64,000 nucleotides of DNA, taken from the NCBI GenBank assembly GCA_040954595.2, contig CM082577.2:10317846-10381845 (forward strand). Direction: 5' to 3'. Every line of letters starts with the position of its first letter. The stretch's first letter is position 1. This document shows positions 1-13,770 of this stretch, in pieces. The notes below the pieces were generated by a model. The model had not been told where the DNA came from. It was given only the letters and a program-made list of their open reading frames with translations, and searched no databases. The position numbers and the translations under genes are program-made. Source of the stretch: Balanoglossus misakiensis (taxonomy: Eukaryota > Animalia > Hemichordata).

Positions 1-2802
1 TAATTCGCTTCAATCTGCGATGCATTATGACAAATTGGATCGGCCCAGCGTGTGGGTTCAATTTCAAGTTGGACGATGGGAAGTCTCCATTCAGCGGCGA
101 TCGTTCTTCGCCTTTCGTCAAAGACGCAGATACACGCTGTAAGTAGTAATCTGCGTCAGCGATTAGCGGGGACTATAGTCGTCCGATGAATCGACGACAC
201 GCACACGCACATGCATCACTGCCTTGCTATTGGCCGTACGCCTCTCGCGTACGTACGCATAATCCCCGGCTAATGAATTCTTACTTTTGATTACTTTACG
301 GCGCTGTTAATCGCTAAAGCAGCTGGGGGTTGGGTGGGGGGTTACACGGTTTATTTCGAGAGACAAGCCTCGAATTTCAGCACTTCAACACAAGGGGCAA
401 ATACCGCTAAGAGCGTATCTGCGAATTTGGCCCAGCACAAAGTGACACGTGACCTCCCATTACGACAGTTGAAACACAACCCGAGTAATGTTGAAATTGA
501 AATTTGTCGGGGAATATTCCTGGCATGTGTATGAAATAGAAATTAATGAACTGCTGAGGCCACACAGGGAGTCCATCAACCCCGCTGACTTTCACAAAAT
601 ACTTCATAAAATGACATTGCCCTGCTACATCTCTAACAGGCTCAGTTGGCACATGTCGCTGCCTGGCGTACGACAGCTGTGAAGGCATTTTGAAAATCCA
701 AATAGAGCAATATATAATATGATGCCAAAATATGTTACGTCATTGTCCACAGAGGGTCAACAGAAAAAATGTATGTGATTGAATACTAAGTTACATGTAT
801 CAAGATGAAAGCGTTATTTTCAAGTGATCATGTTAAAATTTTGAGAGAACAAATTTGGAAATTTTGAATTCAGCAAAGGTCCCTGCACTGAGCAATGGTG
901 AAGTGCGTTTGAAATGGTCACAACTTCATTCGAACATGAGTCAGCGAATTAATGTTTTTTACGTACATGGCAGAAAAAGATATCAGACAAAACCGTGATC
1001 TTTCACTCATTTGTTTTCTGATAGTTATCATGCCATAATGAGAGAAACACCCAACGGCTTATCTAAAGCCAAACTCATCAGGATAACTTAGTTGTTACCA
1101 ACGGTGTGACCTTCAGGCCGGCCGTCCCTTGTGCTATCCTCGCTCACAGCCTACAATGTACAACAACTGACAGAACCTGATACACTAAGAGAAATGCGGT
1201 GAATGATCATATTCACAGAGAAACAGTTGTCACTGATTTCACGAAGTGTGACACAGCCCGGCCATTGTACCGGTCTGACAGGGTCCCTATTTTGGTCAGA
1301 CAGAAAGAAAGTATACAAAAAAAAGAAACAAAAACGGTGCATGCCGTAACGCCAACGCAGTGTGAAACTGCTGACAGCGAGCAGGTACAAAACATCAACG
1401 ATCACAGCTGTGAACTGGGGGGCAAAGTCCCGGCTTAAGCTGTGCAAGGCACGACGCGACCGAAAAATGCGGCACGACCACGGGCAGAGGGATGAGTGAC
1501 AGGCAGACACTTCATGTAACACGAAACATCAAGTGCACCAGAGGAGTTATCGGTCAAGTTTATTGGAGATACACGAGAGCCCTTTAAACATGATGAGCTC
1601 ATTATAAACAGGTAATGGTTTAATACGGACCACGCCATAAACGACTTTAGACCTCCACGCCAAAGCATAATTCATAAAATGTCAAAGATGGCTGCTTATG
1701 GGATCTAAGGAATCACGGTGCGATACAATACTACCAGACGTACTGCAATTACCCCTCGTTAAACAAGCAGTCCATTTCCGCAAGAAATCGTTTGTTAGTG
1801 TTTGTGAATTCACTCGAGCGCTATAAATCAGATTAAAATGTAACGCATCACCTGATCGCATAAAATATTCAGCAATCATGTGACTGAGGGCATTTTGTAT
1901 GTGCAAATATTTCTGGGCTCGTGTGACCAAGGTCGAGCTACAGAAAAAAAACACTCATTTGACCCATTAAAAACATTCACTTTGACAGTATTCTCATGGC
2001 TATTTCATACAGATGATACTGACTGTTTCGCACTGTTTTTAAAATATATTGTTGACAGTAAGAAAAGTAACAATACATTGCGTCATCATGATAAACAACA
2101 ACGGACAACAGAAGGCGTGGTTAAACACACCTACATGTAATTGTATGAAACACTGAATAATTGTCTAATTATCTTTTAATGTAGAAGATTGCATTTTTCA
2201 TGAGTTGAAGCTTGGTGAAGTTATTTTGATTTGTATACTATTTACACGGTATTTTCACATTTCAAAACCTATATCATCTTTATCAAACGATAACAAATAG
2301 GCACAGTGAACAACAACTTCTATAACATCAAAAAACTGCAAATAGCTAGACTCCTTCCCAAGCATTCAAGAACTTTTGACCAAAACGAGTCCAGTTTGTA
2401 CAATTCAAAGAAACCTCCAAATATTGACAGCCACACCGCACGTCGAATATTTGCCGGATATCATTAAACCGTAGCGTGACTATCAACAAAAACCGTGCTC
2501 CATTCATAAAACGCAACACACTTTTGCGTGGGTGTATTGAATAATGATGTGCACAACTGTTCGCGAAGAAATTTGGAATAGTTCCAACATACGCATTTCA
2601 GGGATTAGAGTTTTTTCAGACAGACTGCACAAATGACGCCATCAGCATGAAAATTATCCTCGTCTGAAAATCTGTTGAAAAATTGAACTGTTCCATTGAG
2701 GAAAATAAATCTTCATCATTCTAACCGATCGGTTAACCCCTTTCAAATGCTTTTACAGTTTCACGTTTAACTGGTTGTGGATACACTAAGTATAGTTATA
2801 GC

Positions 2803-3013
2803 TACTGTAAAACACTTTATTTTCGCGAGCAATAAATGTTCACAAAATACGCGAGAGCCAAAATAGCGTGAAAATAAAAAGTCGCGTAATTTTTTTTTAA
2901 GATAACGATGCAGTGAATGAAATAAGAGAACGCGAAAATTAATACTCGCGAAACAGTGGCCTCTCTCGATATCGCGAAAATTTCAGCTCGCGAAAATAAA
3001 GTGTTTTAAAGTA
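2803..3013 (+). mobile_element. MITE family A (TA-flanked, Tc1/mariner-type non-autonomous), copy 1
   Basis: TA-CTGTAAAACACTTTATTTTCGCGAGC ... GCTCGCGAAAATAAAGTGTTTTAAAG-TA terminal inverted repeats; the interior is shared with five other copies in the window. Confidence 0.85.
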
Positions 3014-5907
3014 TTTCTTGATGAACAAATGAAGTCAACATTTTATTTCCCAAATAAATTTGATTTCAAAACAAATTCAGATCGCTGTGGGGTTTCTTCT
3101 TGGAAATTTGAGGCAAAAATGTGAACCAGGGTGTCAGTTTACTCCAGACTTCACGACCCCAATGACATGACATAGCAACAGCCAGCAACAGTCACATATT
3201 CACCATCCGCAATAACGCATACTTTTGGGATTTCAATATCTCATTTGGTATAAACTCAAACTAAAAACACATGTCTTGTTCTTGTTGTGTGTTTTTTTGT
3301 CCTTGGTGAATATTCTTGCTGATGGGACGACCAAGAATGTCGCCAGCTTCAACCGCTGCTACCACCTGTTGTCAAAATTTCCCACGGAAAATATAACAAC
3401 GGTAGTCAGTTACACAGTCCTGAAGCGAATCAATACATGTACCATGTATACTGATCCAAAAAACAGGCAGGAACTAATACTATGTATTGAGATTTGCTTC
3501 CATCCACAGATTCATCTTATTCAAATATTGGCAGCCATTCAAAATAAAAGAAATGTTTTCTGTCAAGTCCTTTTTGTGGGTCAGACCTCTTTAATGCACT
3601 TTGGCCTGGGTACATGTAACTGTTGCCCTCGCTGTTTTTCACATTATTTCTTTACTTGCGTATCAAAATCATGCATATAGTCACATACATGTACATGTAC
3701 CTTTCGATCTAAAACACCAGAATAGTAACATACATTGTATTGTTTGTTTTGAATAATCAACAACAGATACCATTATAATATTAAACTTATTCATGTGTGA
3801 TGTATTCCCAACACTAAAAATAGCCTTACATTTGATTATTACAAACTGATCTACATGTACCTGTACATGGACTGTCAGTGATCCAAGTATTACTGTATGT
3901 TACACACACAAAATATGACGCTAAATTATGAATTTTCTGAAAAATTGTCGAATGAACATGTACGTGTACTTTATTACTCTCTCACTAAGTCACTCTGCTC
4001 TCAAGTCCACTTGACAAAGCGAAGCCACAAATGTACAGTATGAATGTATTGAGAAATTCGTATAACACATCACTCTTGTTCACTGGGACTCTTTTTTCTA
4101 CCAAAAGATATGCTGACCAGTACTTATTTGCCAGGCAAACAGGGGAGTGGCGGGAAGCTGTTGAGCGGAATCTCCGGTTGTTGTGTGATAACCTAAATGT
4201 TGCCTGGGTGTGGCCATCATGCTCCTTTCAGCGTTTGGACCTACTGTAAATATCTGGAGCGTTGGTCATGATCTCGAAACGTCCCCAAAGTGGCTAACTC
4301 ATTGTGACACGTCGTGATTACAGCCACTAGTAAATTGCGTGTACATTGACCCTTTCTGTTCATTAAATCGCCCAACACTTTTGACACACATACCGAAAAC
4401 AAGGTAAAAACACTTCCGACCTTTGGGAATTTCCTCATGCTTCCAATTGTACAATGTAAAGTCAGTTATTCCGGGGGGAGGGAGGTTAGGTTTCCCTTCA
4501 ACAGGTACGGAAGACGGCGGGGTCAAAAGGGTTCAGGTGTAAAAGCATGACAGGAGGAAATGGGAGCACATGAATGAAGACGGAGCACCTGGGGCTATGT
4601 GAAAGAGGAGCCAGACACAGCGAGAGATTCTTTTAAAAGACACATGCACCAGGAACTGGGGTCAAACCACGCAAGAATATGCTCGACGCCGAACAAAGAT
4701 GCTCAGGCACCCAAGCAGGACTGGACTATCAAAACAGCTACTCCTGGAGGAAAAATCTTGGAAAAAAATACCAGAGAACTCAAGTCATGGACAAATGACT
4801 GATTTCATCTACATACACTGCATGGCCGCATGGAGATAAGCCAGTATCAATTGGATCTGACTTCTTGAACAAAAGTGGAACGTTGTGCATGGATGCACAT
4901 GATAGCATGTCTGTGTTGGCGTATCTTCACCCGATCTTTTCGAGATGAAACCAGATACAAACTAGTTGTCACATACAAATTACAATGTACTACTACAAGT
5001 ATGTAAGAAGAAAAAAAACACTGATATTGATAAACTAGACCTTACACACCATGGCCAAAACATCAATGGCAACAAAATGACATGTACAATGTGCATGCAT
5101 GTTGTATGTCTGTCTGAGAATAAAAATACACTTCACAGATTACCATCATTAACTTTTTCCCCTTTTTCCTCCTTTGCTGTGCACACCTACAAAAGCTCTT
5201 TTCACGGGTAGAGTACTGAAGAAAAGCAGACTGTGGCAGCTTTTGAATTTGACTACATGCTCAATAGAAATTAAACCAGGTCAGGATCTTTACGCTCACT
5301 TGTTCTATTCTGAGAAACTCGGCTGAAACCGCCAAAATATGACAGAGTAATTCCTCAGCAAACACCAATCATGCAGTCTGTGTCAGTGTGTGCAAGGCAG
5401 GTTAGACAATACAGAAATGATTATGATTGACCATTCTTTGCCTTCTGCAACTGGAAACATTAACTGCTGCTTCTTTTCTTCTTGTCCAAGGATCGAGGGA
5501 AGCAAATGATAATTTGTTGAAATTCAACTTGGTTGAAATATTTCATATTTGACTGAGTGACGCTATTCAAATATGCTCATGCTAATTGAAGTCACACCAC
5601 GAGGGCTTCGCAAGATACCGATAATGACTTTGTGCGTGTGTTTGGTTGCTCTGAGAACCCAATTATGGAAGAGCAACAATCAGGATGCGCACAGCGCGAT
5701 CAAAGAGCCGAAAATTAACGACATCAAAGCCATGACCGACTTGCGAAGCCGAGGCGAGAGAAGTACAGATGATCATGAAGTGTAAATTATCATATACATC
5801 TGCATGACACCTGTTGCATTCCATACAAACTGTATGAAAAAAACACACACACCTTGATGTTTGCGAGAGATGTCATGTGAACAAATTTCAGAAGTCCTAA
5901 TACCTAC

Positions 5908-5956
5908 CCATCCGAATCTTGATAACCTGAGCTGCTTTTTCTGGATCCCAATTTTT
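5908..5956 (-). CDS. CASKIN: Caskin-like coding exon 2 (49 nt)
   Basis: Strong acceptor (poly-T tract then ACAG) and donor GTAGGT. It joins exon 1 in phase to give KKLGSRKSSSGYQDSDG, matching Caskin KLLGSTKKINVNFQDPDG just before the first ankyrin helix. Exon 3 (expected xSALHHAA...) was not found, so it probably lies left of the window. Confidence 0.85.
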
Positions 5957-8382
5957 CTGTAAAAAAAAAAGAGCACAAACACATTTTATTGTCAATGACA
6001 ATGAAAATGACAATAAAAATTTTGCTTTTGACGGACCGTCCCCACACGTTTTATGAGAAAACATCTTTGAAAAAGCACGAAAAACACACACCCTGGTGTC
6101 TTTCATTATCTGAAATGACAGTCCTCACAGAAATTTCAACAAGGGCCCAGAGTACATTACCACTTCATAGTTCATTAATTTGTGGGCATTTGGGGTTAGA
6201 ACCAGGCAATAATTCTTCCGCCGAAGCCACGCAGAGGTGGTGACACGTCACGTCCCAGAAATCTCAGTCAGGTAGGAGTCGGACTCCTATGGCAAATGAT
6301 GGGCCGAAAAAATGCAGTGTCAGGTCTGACAAAACAAACGTCGGTGATGTCACATGCCTCCACCATTCATTTCTTTTTTCTCTCTCTCTCCTGTCTGGTT
6401 TTGATGTGGCGTGACTCTTTACATAGCGGTGACACAAAGTGATAGCTGGTCCTCCAAAAACAATTCCCCTTTCCCAAGATTGCGTAGCCTCCAAAGATTA
6501 CAGCAAGTCCAAGTTGTTTTTAGTTATTACAATTGTATCGGTATGTCAAATAACCTGTCTGTGGCCAGTAGACTAGTGATGGTACAGTAACTCTTCACTG
6601 ATTTCTTAGGTTATGGTAGTACTAGTCAATGTCTGTTTACAAGCCAACAGGAAAGCAATAAGGATTAAACCACCTTGTCTGGCATAAAATGTTGAGCTTT
6701 TTTTTCTGCCTGCTGAAGCAATAAGTAATCCATCGTTTTCACAGGCACTGAAGTTTGACAGGTGTTCTACATATGGCACAACAGAAGTAATTTGGTTTTA
6801 TTTGACTGGAAAGTCATCACCCCACCATCAATATGCCATACTGACGACACCATACTGTACAAAAAGTCATTATTTTCTCTGTCTGTACATGTTGGAAGAA
6901 AAAAGTAACACCATACATTGTAGAATGCAGTGTGAATGCCTTTAAAAATTCATGTCCACACGTAATCGAAATTACGTTCTGAAATGAATTTTTTTCCAGT
7001 GAGAGAAAATGATTGGTACGCACTGCCACACTTGGGGGAAAGAAAGCGAAAATCCCCAAGTTAATCTGCTGGCGGTATTTCTCTTTCTAGCTTTTATGAA
7101 TATTTCATGCACCATTTAAGTGCTGAGATTTGTGCCTGTGATGCCCTCTATCCCAGGGATGCCCGTCCTTCAAATTACATCGCCGACCGTAATGGGCGGC
7201 TAATAATCCTGACTTACGTCATTCAAAGAACGGGATTGAAACAGTTTTATTTCTACTTCTTTTTTTTCTGATGCTGAGGTGTATACACACATCTACGGCT
7301 TGGCGTTTCTAAGTACCCCAGCTGGTTTCCTAGAAACCAGTCGGAATTGAAAACCCTGAGAACAGGTCCCCTGATGGCTTTCTGCTAAGGTATGAGTGAG
7401 TGGTGTGTGTGTGTGAGTAACAATCAAGGAACTGGGACGCAAATACTCCTCGTATACATATTAATCTTTTCCCAAGACCACAAGTATTTCCTGTCTTGTA
7501 AACAGAATACATGATGGAGACAAAATCCATTCCAGTCGACTTCCTTTTAAGTTCCTATCAGTTAGATTTTCACATTTTGAGTCCTGCATTTAAAATAACC
7601 AAGCATGTGAATTCTATCTGGGTTTCTATACATTATCAAGCATAAAATGGATAATTGTATGAGATTTTTCAATGCCAAAGTGAACTTGTCATCTTTCAAA
7701 AAATCAAAGCTCACAACTTTTTCCATTGATTTTTTTCTAAATTTTGATTAAGACCTATAGGCATTAGAAAATAATGTCCACTTCATCCAAAATTAAGGAA
7801 AATATCCGAGAAAAATGATGAAAAATTGAGAAAATGTTGCACCAGCATTTTGGCAGCATTAAGGTGTTCTTAGGGTTAATCTCAGTGTTCAATCAATGAT
7901 TCAAGTTCAACAACCTCATACATAACATCTGTTTTGAAAACGTAGCAATCACGAGAGTCACCCAAGCTTATCACGGCCACTACGTCAATGCAAAATGGGT
8001 GTCGATAGCATTAAGCATTACTCCCCTGCAAACAGACTAATATAACGATTACACCGGACCGATTATTTACACCCAGCGATGTGAGCAGACCTGATAAAAA
8101 GAGAGTTTAGTCAGCGGCTGCCAAGAAATCTCTTGAGTCTGTATTATAAAATAAAACACAATCGAGTGAGAAGCACTTCAGGGTACAAAGTTCACAGTTG
8201 AATTGCTTTCGTACGTGGAATAACCCTACAGAATTGTGATTATCCGGAAGGCATATCCAAGCAAAACTGTGCACTACATGTACATTGACAGACGGTGTCA
8301 CACCATATCTCATTTGGAAAAAGCCCCCAATTCGATGACCATGTAGATCTGTTGAACTCTACTCCACACTTATTTTCAGCCT

Positions 8383-8500
8383 CCAACGAAATGCGATAAA
8401 AGAACATATTTGAACAACATCCAACAAATGTGATAAAAAAAGAACATATTTGAACAACATCCAACAAAATGTGATAAAAAAAGAACCTATTTGAACAAAC
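8383..8500. repeat. Minisatellite, ~40-bp unit x3
   Basis: CCAACAAATGTGATAAAAAAAGAACATATTTGAACAACAT repeated three times with small variation. Confidence 0.9.
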
Positions 8501-10768
8501 TGCCACATATCAGAGAGCAATCAAAAACGATCAATTTGCAGAACTGGAGGAGTACCACCACTTAGGGGCATGATCGTTATCACTTGCTGGCGGGACCCGG
8601 TGTCATAACAAGCCATTGTGTTCTGCTCTCTCTGGCTCACAGTTGATATCGTGTTATTGAATACACAAAGGCTACTTCAGACAGAGCATCGCTGCTGCCA
8701 AAGAACGCTATCACTACCCACAGAACGTCATAATACAGTATCGCATCTGGATCTAAATTTCAATGCGTGGACGATACTTTCAGCACGCTATATGCTGTTA
8801 CGCACTCAGGCTATGACTCTGATTTACTGTTTGCAATTAGAGGAATTAGTTTCACTCCCCCTGAAGTAGTTAAAAAAAATTCTATATATATAAATGGTTC
8901 ATTGGCCCGAAGTCTTGTCAATGCTTTAATTTCGACTAGAAATCATGAAGCCTTTTTTTTTTGCAAAATCAGCTACAAATTGACAGAAAACTACAATTCC
9001 TGATATTGTCTATTTTGTACATGTACATGTATGTCACATCCTAAAAACAGCAATGAATCAATATACAGGTATGTAGCATGCAAACTATAAACTACGTACA
9101 TGTACCGTGTGTACATGTATGGAAATAGTCTTTTATAAGGAACATCTTGTTGACGTACTATCCGAGTCATTTGTTCCAATATCCTTCAAGTTCAATATCA
9201 CCAACTGGGTCATTCCGCACTCAACTTGACATGGTCCAAAAGACAAAGGTTGGAGATACTGGCATGACGCACGAGCATTCACTCCCCCCTTGGCATTTAC
9301 AGAGCATCAAGGGATCTAATGGCTTGATTGGTAAGGTAAACAAAGACCCGAAAAGAGCAGGGCTGTAAGGAGGTCTGGGTCATTGTCGCCTTGCATGTAT
9401 GCATGCCTTTATAACTGTTCTGTACACATAAATTACATCTGGAACCCTATAACCAGCCCCTGAAGCTCTGCAGGGCAAAGACGCTAATTTGTTTGGAATG
9501 AAAGCTGTCTGGCAGGGGTAAAATCACTTTCCGAGACACCCAACATGATAATGGGGTCAGACAGGACCTCTTGCAATTTTTCACTTCAAAGTGATCGCTA
9601 CCAGACAGCCCTGTTCTAAAAAAAAAAGCAATGTCTACTGCAGGGGATTTAGGTTTCACCAGACACCCGACAAGCTTTTCGGTCCTCAAAAAAAAAGGCT
9701 TCGCTTCAGCGTTCCTGCTGCAAATCAGAGGCGATTTACTCCCTTGACTTGTTGACTGTGGCCGCCCACCAGCGGACAATGCCACTGCACCCCCGTATCA
9801 ATTTGATCCAGTTCCTCGCTGTTTTGTCGATTCTCCGCTGCAATGAACTCTAATACCTCATATGAATGTCAATGACCAAGGTGGCACTCGGCTTCATTCT
9901 ACAGATCTGTTGGACCGAAGGTGATCTTTTCCCCCTACTTTTATTTATCAGCGCTTTGCAAATAGCCGCCCTACATATACATCGCAGCTTTTGTTATTCT
10001 GCAATCCATCCACCATGCTATACTTGCTGAATTAAATGTCCCTGGTTGACCTAGTACCATATCCTTACATATGACAGTCCTGCCTGTAACTCCTTTCTCT
10101 CTAACTCCCCTTGAGGAAAGAAAATCAGTGTGACTCACTTTACATCATTTCAAGTCTGAGCCAAAAAGTGCAAAACTGACTCCCTGTGTGCATATTCTTA
10201 AAAAGATTACTACATGTATCTCCAGCATCCTTTCTACTGGGGTGTCACTTCTGGGCAAGGGCACACGCACCTCGCACATCAGGACTGGACAGAACCCAGC
10301 ATATCAGCTCATAGTGAGACAAGCAGTGTGTACTCTAAGCCCATATGACGCGTCACTGACTCAACAAACTCACTGCTGACTCAAGAAAATTATCCACACC
10401 GTCACTACATGCAAAGGTATAGGGCTGACTCAGAGAAATTTTCAGAAATCCTCGAATTGACTAAAAGCTACTCAAAAATATGTTTATTAGAGGGTACACT
10501 GGAGACAGGTTTGATTATTGGCTATTAATGAGGGCAAGTGCCCAATATAAACAGTAAAGAAAGCAATACGGGACACCCCTGACTGAATTCAAACAAACAA
10601 ACTTGATTAGCCAGTGAACAGAAGCTCCACTTTTTAATTGACGCAATCTGACACCACCACTTCCAGTTGACCACAGCAGAATTGGCCATCCTGGTTTTTT
10701 GGATGGCTGAAATTACGGAAATCAAAACTACAGCAGTTTCAGAATTCACTTGCTGAATACGGGCTGAA

Positions 10769-10974
10769 TACTGTAAAACGGGTTATTTTCGCGAGCAATA
10801 AATTTTCGCGAGATAAAAAAATGTGAAAATACAAAGTCGCGTAAAATGTTTTTCGGAGATACATGTAACCATGCAGCTAGATATACGAGAACGCGAAAAT
10901 TAGTCCTCACGTAACATTTGCCTCTCTTGATATCGCGAAAATTTCCAGTCGCGAAAATAACCCGTTTTACAGTC
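10769..10974 (+). mobile_element. MITE family A, copy 2
   Basis: TA-CTGTAAAACGGGTTATTTTCGCG ... CGCGAAAATAACCCGTTTTACAG-TC; same interior. Confidence 0.85.
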
Positions 10975-13231
10975 GTACAGTACACCAATGTGAACATGCA
11001 ATATTCTGTCTGATCATGTCAGATCATAAGATAATTTCAATAAGTGTTCAGTTACACAACACCGAATTCACACAAAGCAGAACTGGAAAACCCAAATCAA
11101 ACACTGGTTTATCTATCACAGACCACATCAGCTTTCGGTCTGTCTCCATCCATTACTATCCATTAGTATCCACTAAACGATCTCACTTCACTGGTTTAGT
11201 CCATTTTCCAAACTGGTTGGCAACTTCCTGACAAACACGTAAAAACCATGCCTAACTGCACTTCCCCAAGCTTGATAATGACTTCCTTCTTCCCTTTGAT
11301 TGTTTCCACACAATGTCTAGACTGGGGATTTCTTTCAATATTTTTATATCATCAAAAAAAACATTATTGAACCGTTTTTCGCCTTTGGGCAAATTAATTC
11401 CGGCTTGTCAATTACACTGTCAAAACGCATAAATCACTCTGTAGCTTCTATTCAAATTACTCTTCATAATGCAACATTATTGATTAAGTTTAAATAAGCA
11501 GATTACCAGCAGTACCAAATGCGTGCGCTTCTGGATTGCAACTCCACTGAGAAAGCCCTGGTACGACGTGGTATGGCCGTCTGGGCCTTTAAGAAGTTTA
11601 AACATTCAAAGTGCAATTTTATTCATGCGATATGCACGTGGGCATTGTCTGTGATTTATGGCCGAAGAAACTACAAGGTCTGTTAGAAATCAATACAAAT
11701 TAAAGGCTTGATTTGATTAGAGGTAATTTTGCACTGTTGACATTTTGTAGAACATGCCGGCGATTATTGAGTGGCATTGGGTCACTTTCACAGATGACCG
11801 CAAACCACGGCATGCATGACCAGGCCCCCACCAATACAAACGCAATTCAATTAAAATGTTTTGCGAAGGAAAATGATGGTTCTTATTTTTATGAGCACAG
11901 GTCATGATTTCAAACCGTAGCAAAGACCAAAAATTCTGACCAAGAAATAGCGATAAACACAAACACTGCTCCTGTACAGTAACTGATCAATGATAAAATG
12001 CCAAGAAACTGCCTCAATCAGAATACGACTCTTTTTTAAGTACTTCAATTATTTTGCTTTGCTCAATACAGCTAATAATTCTCCATTATTCTCTTTTAAT
12101 TTCTGTATTACATAACTGATTTACCAGATTACAAATAATGGTCAATTCTTGATGAATTAAATAATTAATTAAATAATTAATACAAATCAGTCTAAAATAA
12201 GCAAGTCACTAGGTATTGAAAATTAGTTTTCTTAATTAACACAAAGATGTCAGTTCAGTTCAAGGAACAAAATAACACCTGCTGTTTACTATTAATGTCT
12301 AGTAATATTTACATCTAGGTAAAGAGATACCATTTTATATAGGGTAACAAAGTTACATTGTATCTGGTATGCTACATATTACAAAGGGAACTATTTTGCC
12401 TATTATTTTTTTTTCTTTTTCATTTTGGAATAATGTTATAGCTGCCCTGCCAGTATCACCCCCTCCCTGTTCAAAACAAAACAGGCCGCAATGAACGAGC
12501 AAATGTTAATTACACTAGGGGATATCCATCCATACAGAATAGCGTAGATTTCTAGCAGCCTTTATGATTGGCAATGTTATTCAAAATAATACGGTCACTG
12601 AGTCAGGAATATTTCAAGGACTTAAAAGTGTTACAGAACAGTTAACAGTTTTGCACATAACATTGTTGCGACCATATTGACACATAGTTTAGGATAACCA
12701 GCATAGTTGCAAAATACGACAATAGCAATTCAGATAGAAGTTTAGAACCCTTGTCCCATTTCTCCATTGAAATTCGACATGAAATCAACTAAATGGTGCC
12801 CCTGATTGACAATGACAAGTGAAGTAAACATCAAAACCTGTATATTATATTCAGAGAATTATAATCATCAAACCCTTCTTATCCCCAATGTTGGATGAAT
12901 ATAATTCACGTTGCCATGTCAAACGAGACACGATTTTTTTTGTTGCTATCATTACACATTGTCATCATGTTTATACTTTTTGACAGGACTCCACACAGCC
13001 CCGGGTTGTTGTGAACTCAAGTTCACTGCGCCGTCGGCACTGGTGGGCCATTCCCAGTCCAGGATTTACACCCGTTGTCATTCGCAACACACACAGCAAT
13101 CTCGTTGCATTCGCGGTTGAGAATAACAACAGTAATAGCCAATCGGACAGACTGACACTGCAACTATGATGTGAGAAGTGTGACAAGGACAAAGTGGAAA
13201 ATAGACTAAAGTATGCTCACGCATAACTTAC

Positions 13232-13322
13232 TCGGTTTAGATTTCAATTTGCTCACTATTCTCTGAACAGTGGCCAGATCCTCGGTCTTGGCAGCCTGTA
13301 ATAATTCCTGCTCTTTCCCCAT
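13232..13322 (-). CDS. CASKIN: Caskin-like (CASK-interacting ankyrin/SH3/SAM scaffold) coding exon 1
   Basis: The minus strand from ATG at 13322 reads MGKEQELLQAAKTEDLATVQRIVSKLKSKP+A, then donor GTAAGT at 13231. This closely resembles the Caskin N-terminus (human CASKIN1 [23 protein letters not shown], from recall). ANKS1 also starts MGKEQELL but continues EAARTGH, a poorer match. Confidence 0.88.
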
Positions 13323-13770
13323 TATATCGGCGGTGCGAGCGACTAAAAGAAGACCTGTCAGCCAAAATACCGGCGACCAAGTTTTGATTGACGCGTCTTA
13401 CATGTACATGTACGTTGTTTTTCCTGCGAAATCAGCGCCAACTCAACTTTCCACGACCACACAACACACACACGATCGACTGTTCCGTGTAGTTGGTAAA
13501 CTTGTTGAAGTGAGAACTACGCGCACGCAACGGAGAACTACCGACCCGCGGTGACATAAACAGTACATTCCGTGATTAGTTTTTACCGGTTTACTAGTCA
13601 CCCGCCTTCATCCTTCGCTTGCGTAGTAAACTCGCTGTAGGAATTACAGCTGTGTAAAGTAGAAATGTTGGCGATTACAACTCGGTATAGTTTCTCAGGG
13701 GAAACACTCGTCATTTCCTAAGGGCTGCTCCATCCATCCAGCGCACGCGTTGATCCCGGCCAATCATCAA
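13320..13770. promoter_or_regulatory. CpG-rich bidirectional promoter region between Caskin-like and SPATA20
   Basis: CpG density is locally high immediately upstream of the Caskin ATG and upstream of the first SPATA20 acceptor. NRF1-like GCGCACGC occurs at 13521 and 13741, and GAGAACTAC is duplicated at 13512 and 13533. Confidence 0.6.

Noticed and set aside
3280-3375. Possible Caskin exon on the minus strand (acceptor-like ACAACAG followed by VVAAVEAGDILGRP...)
   Set aside because: Wrong phase relative to exon 2, no ankyrin motif, no donor, and it runs into a stop.
8383-8500. Regular ~40-bp repeats as a CRISPR-like array
   Set aside because: The units are contiguous tandem copies with no unique spacers, in a eukaryotic intron with no cas genes.
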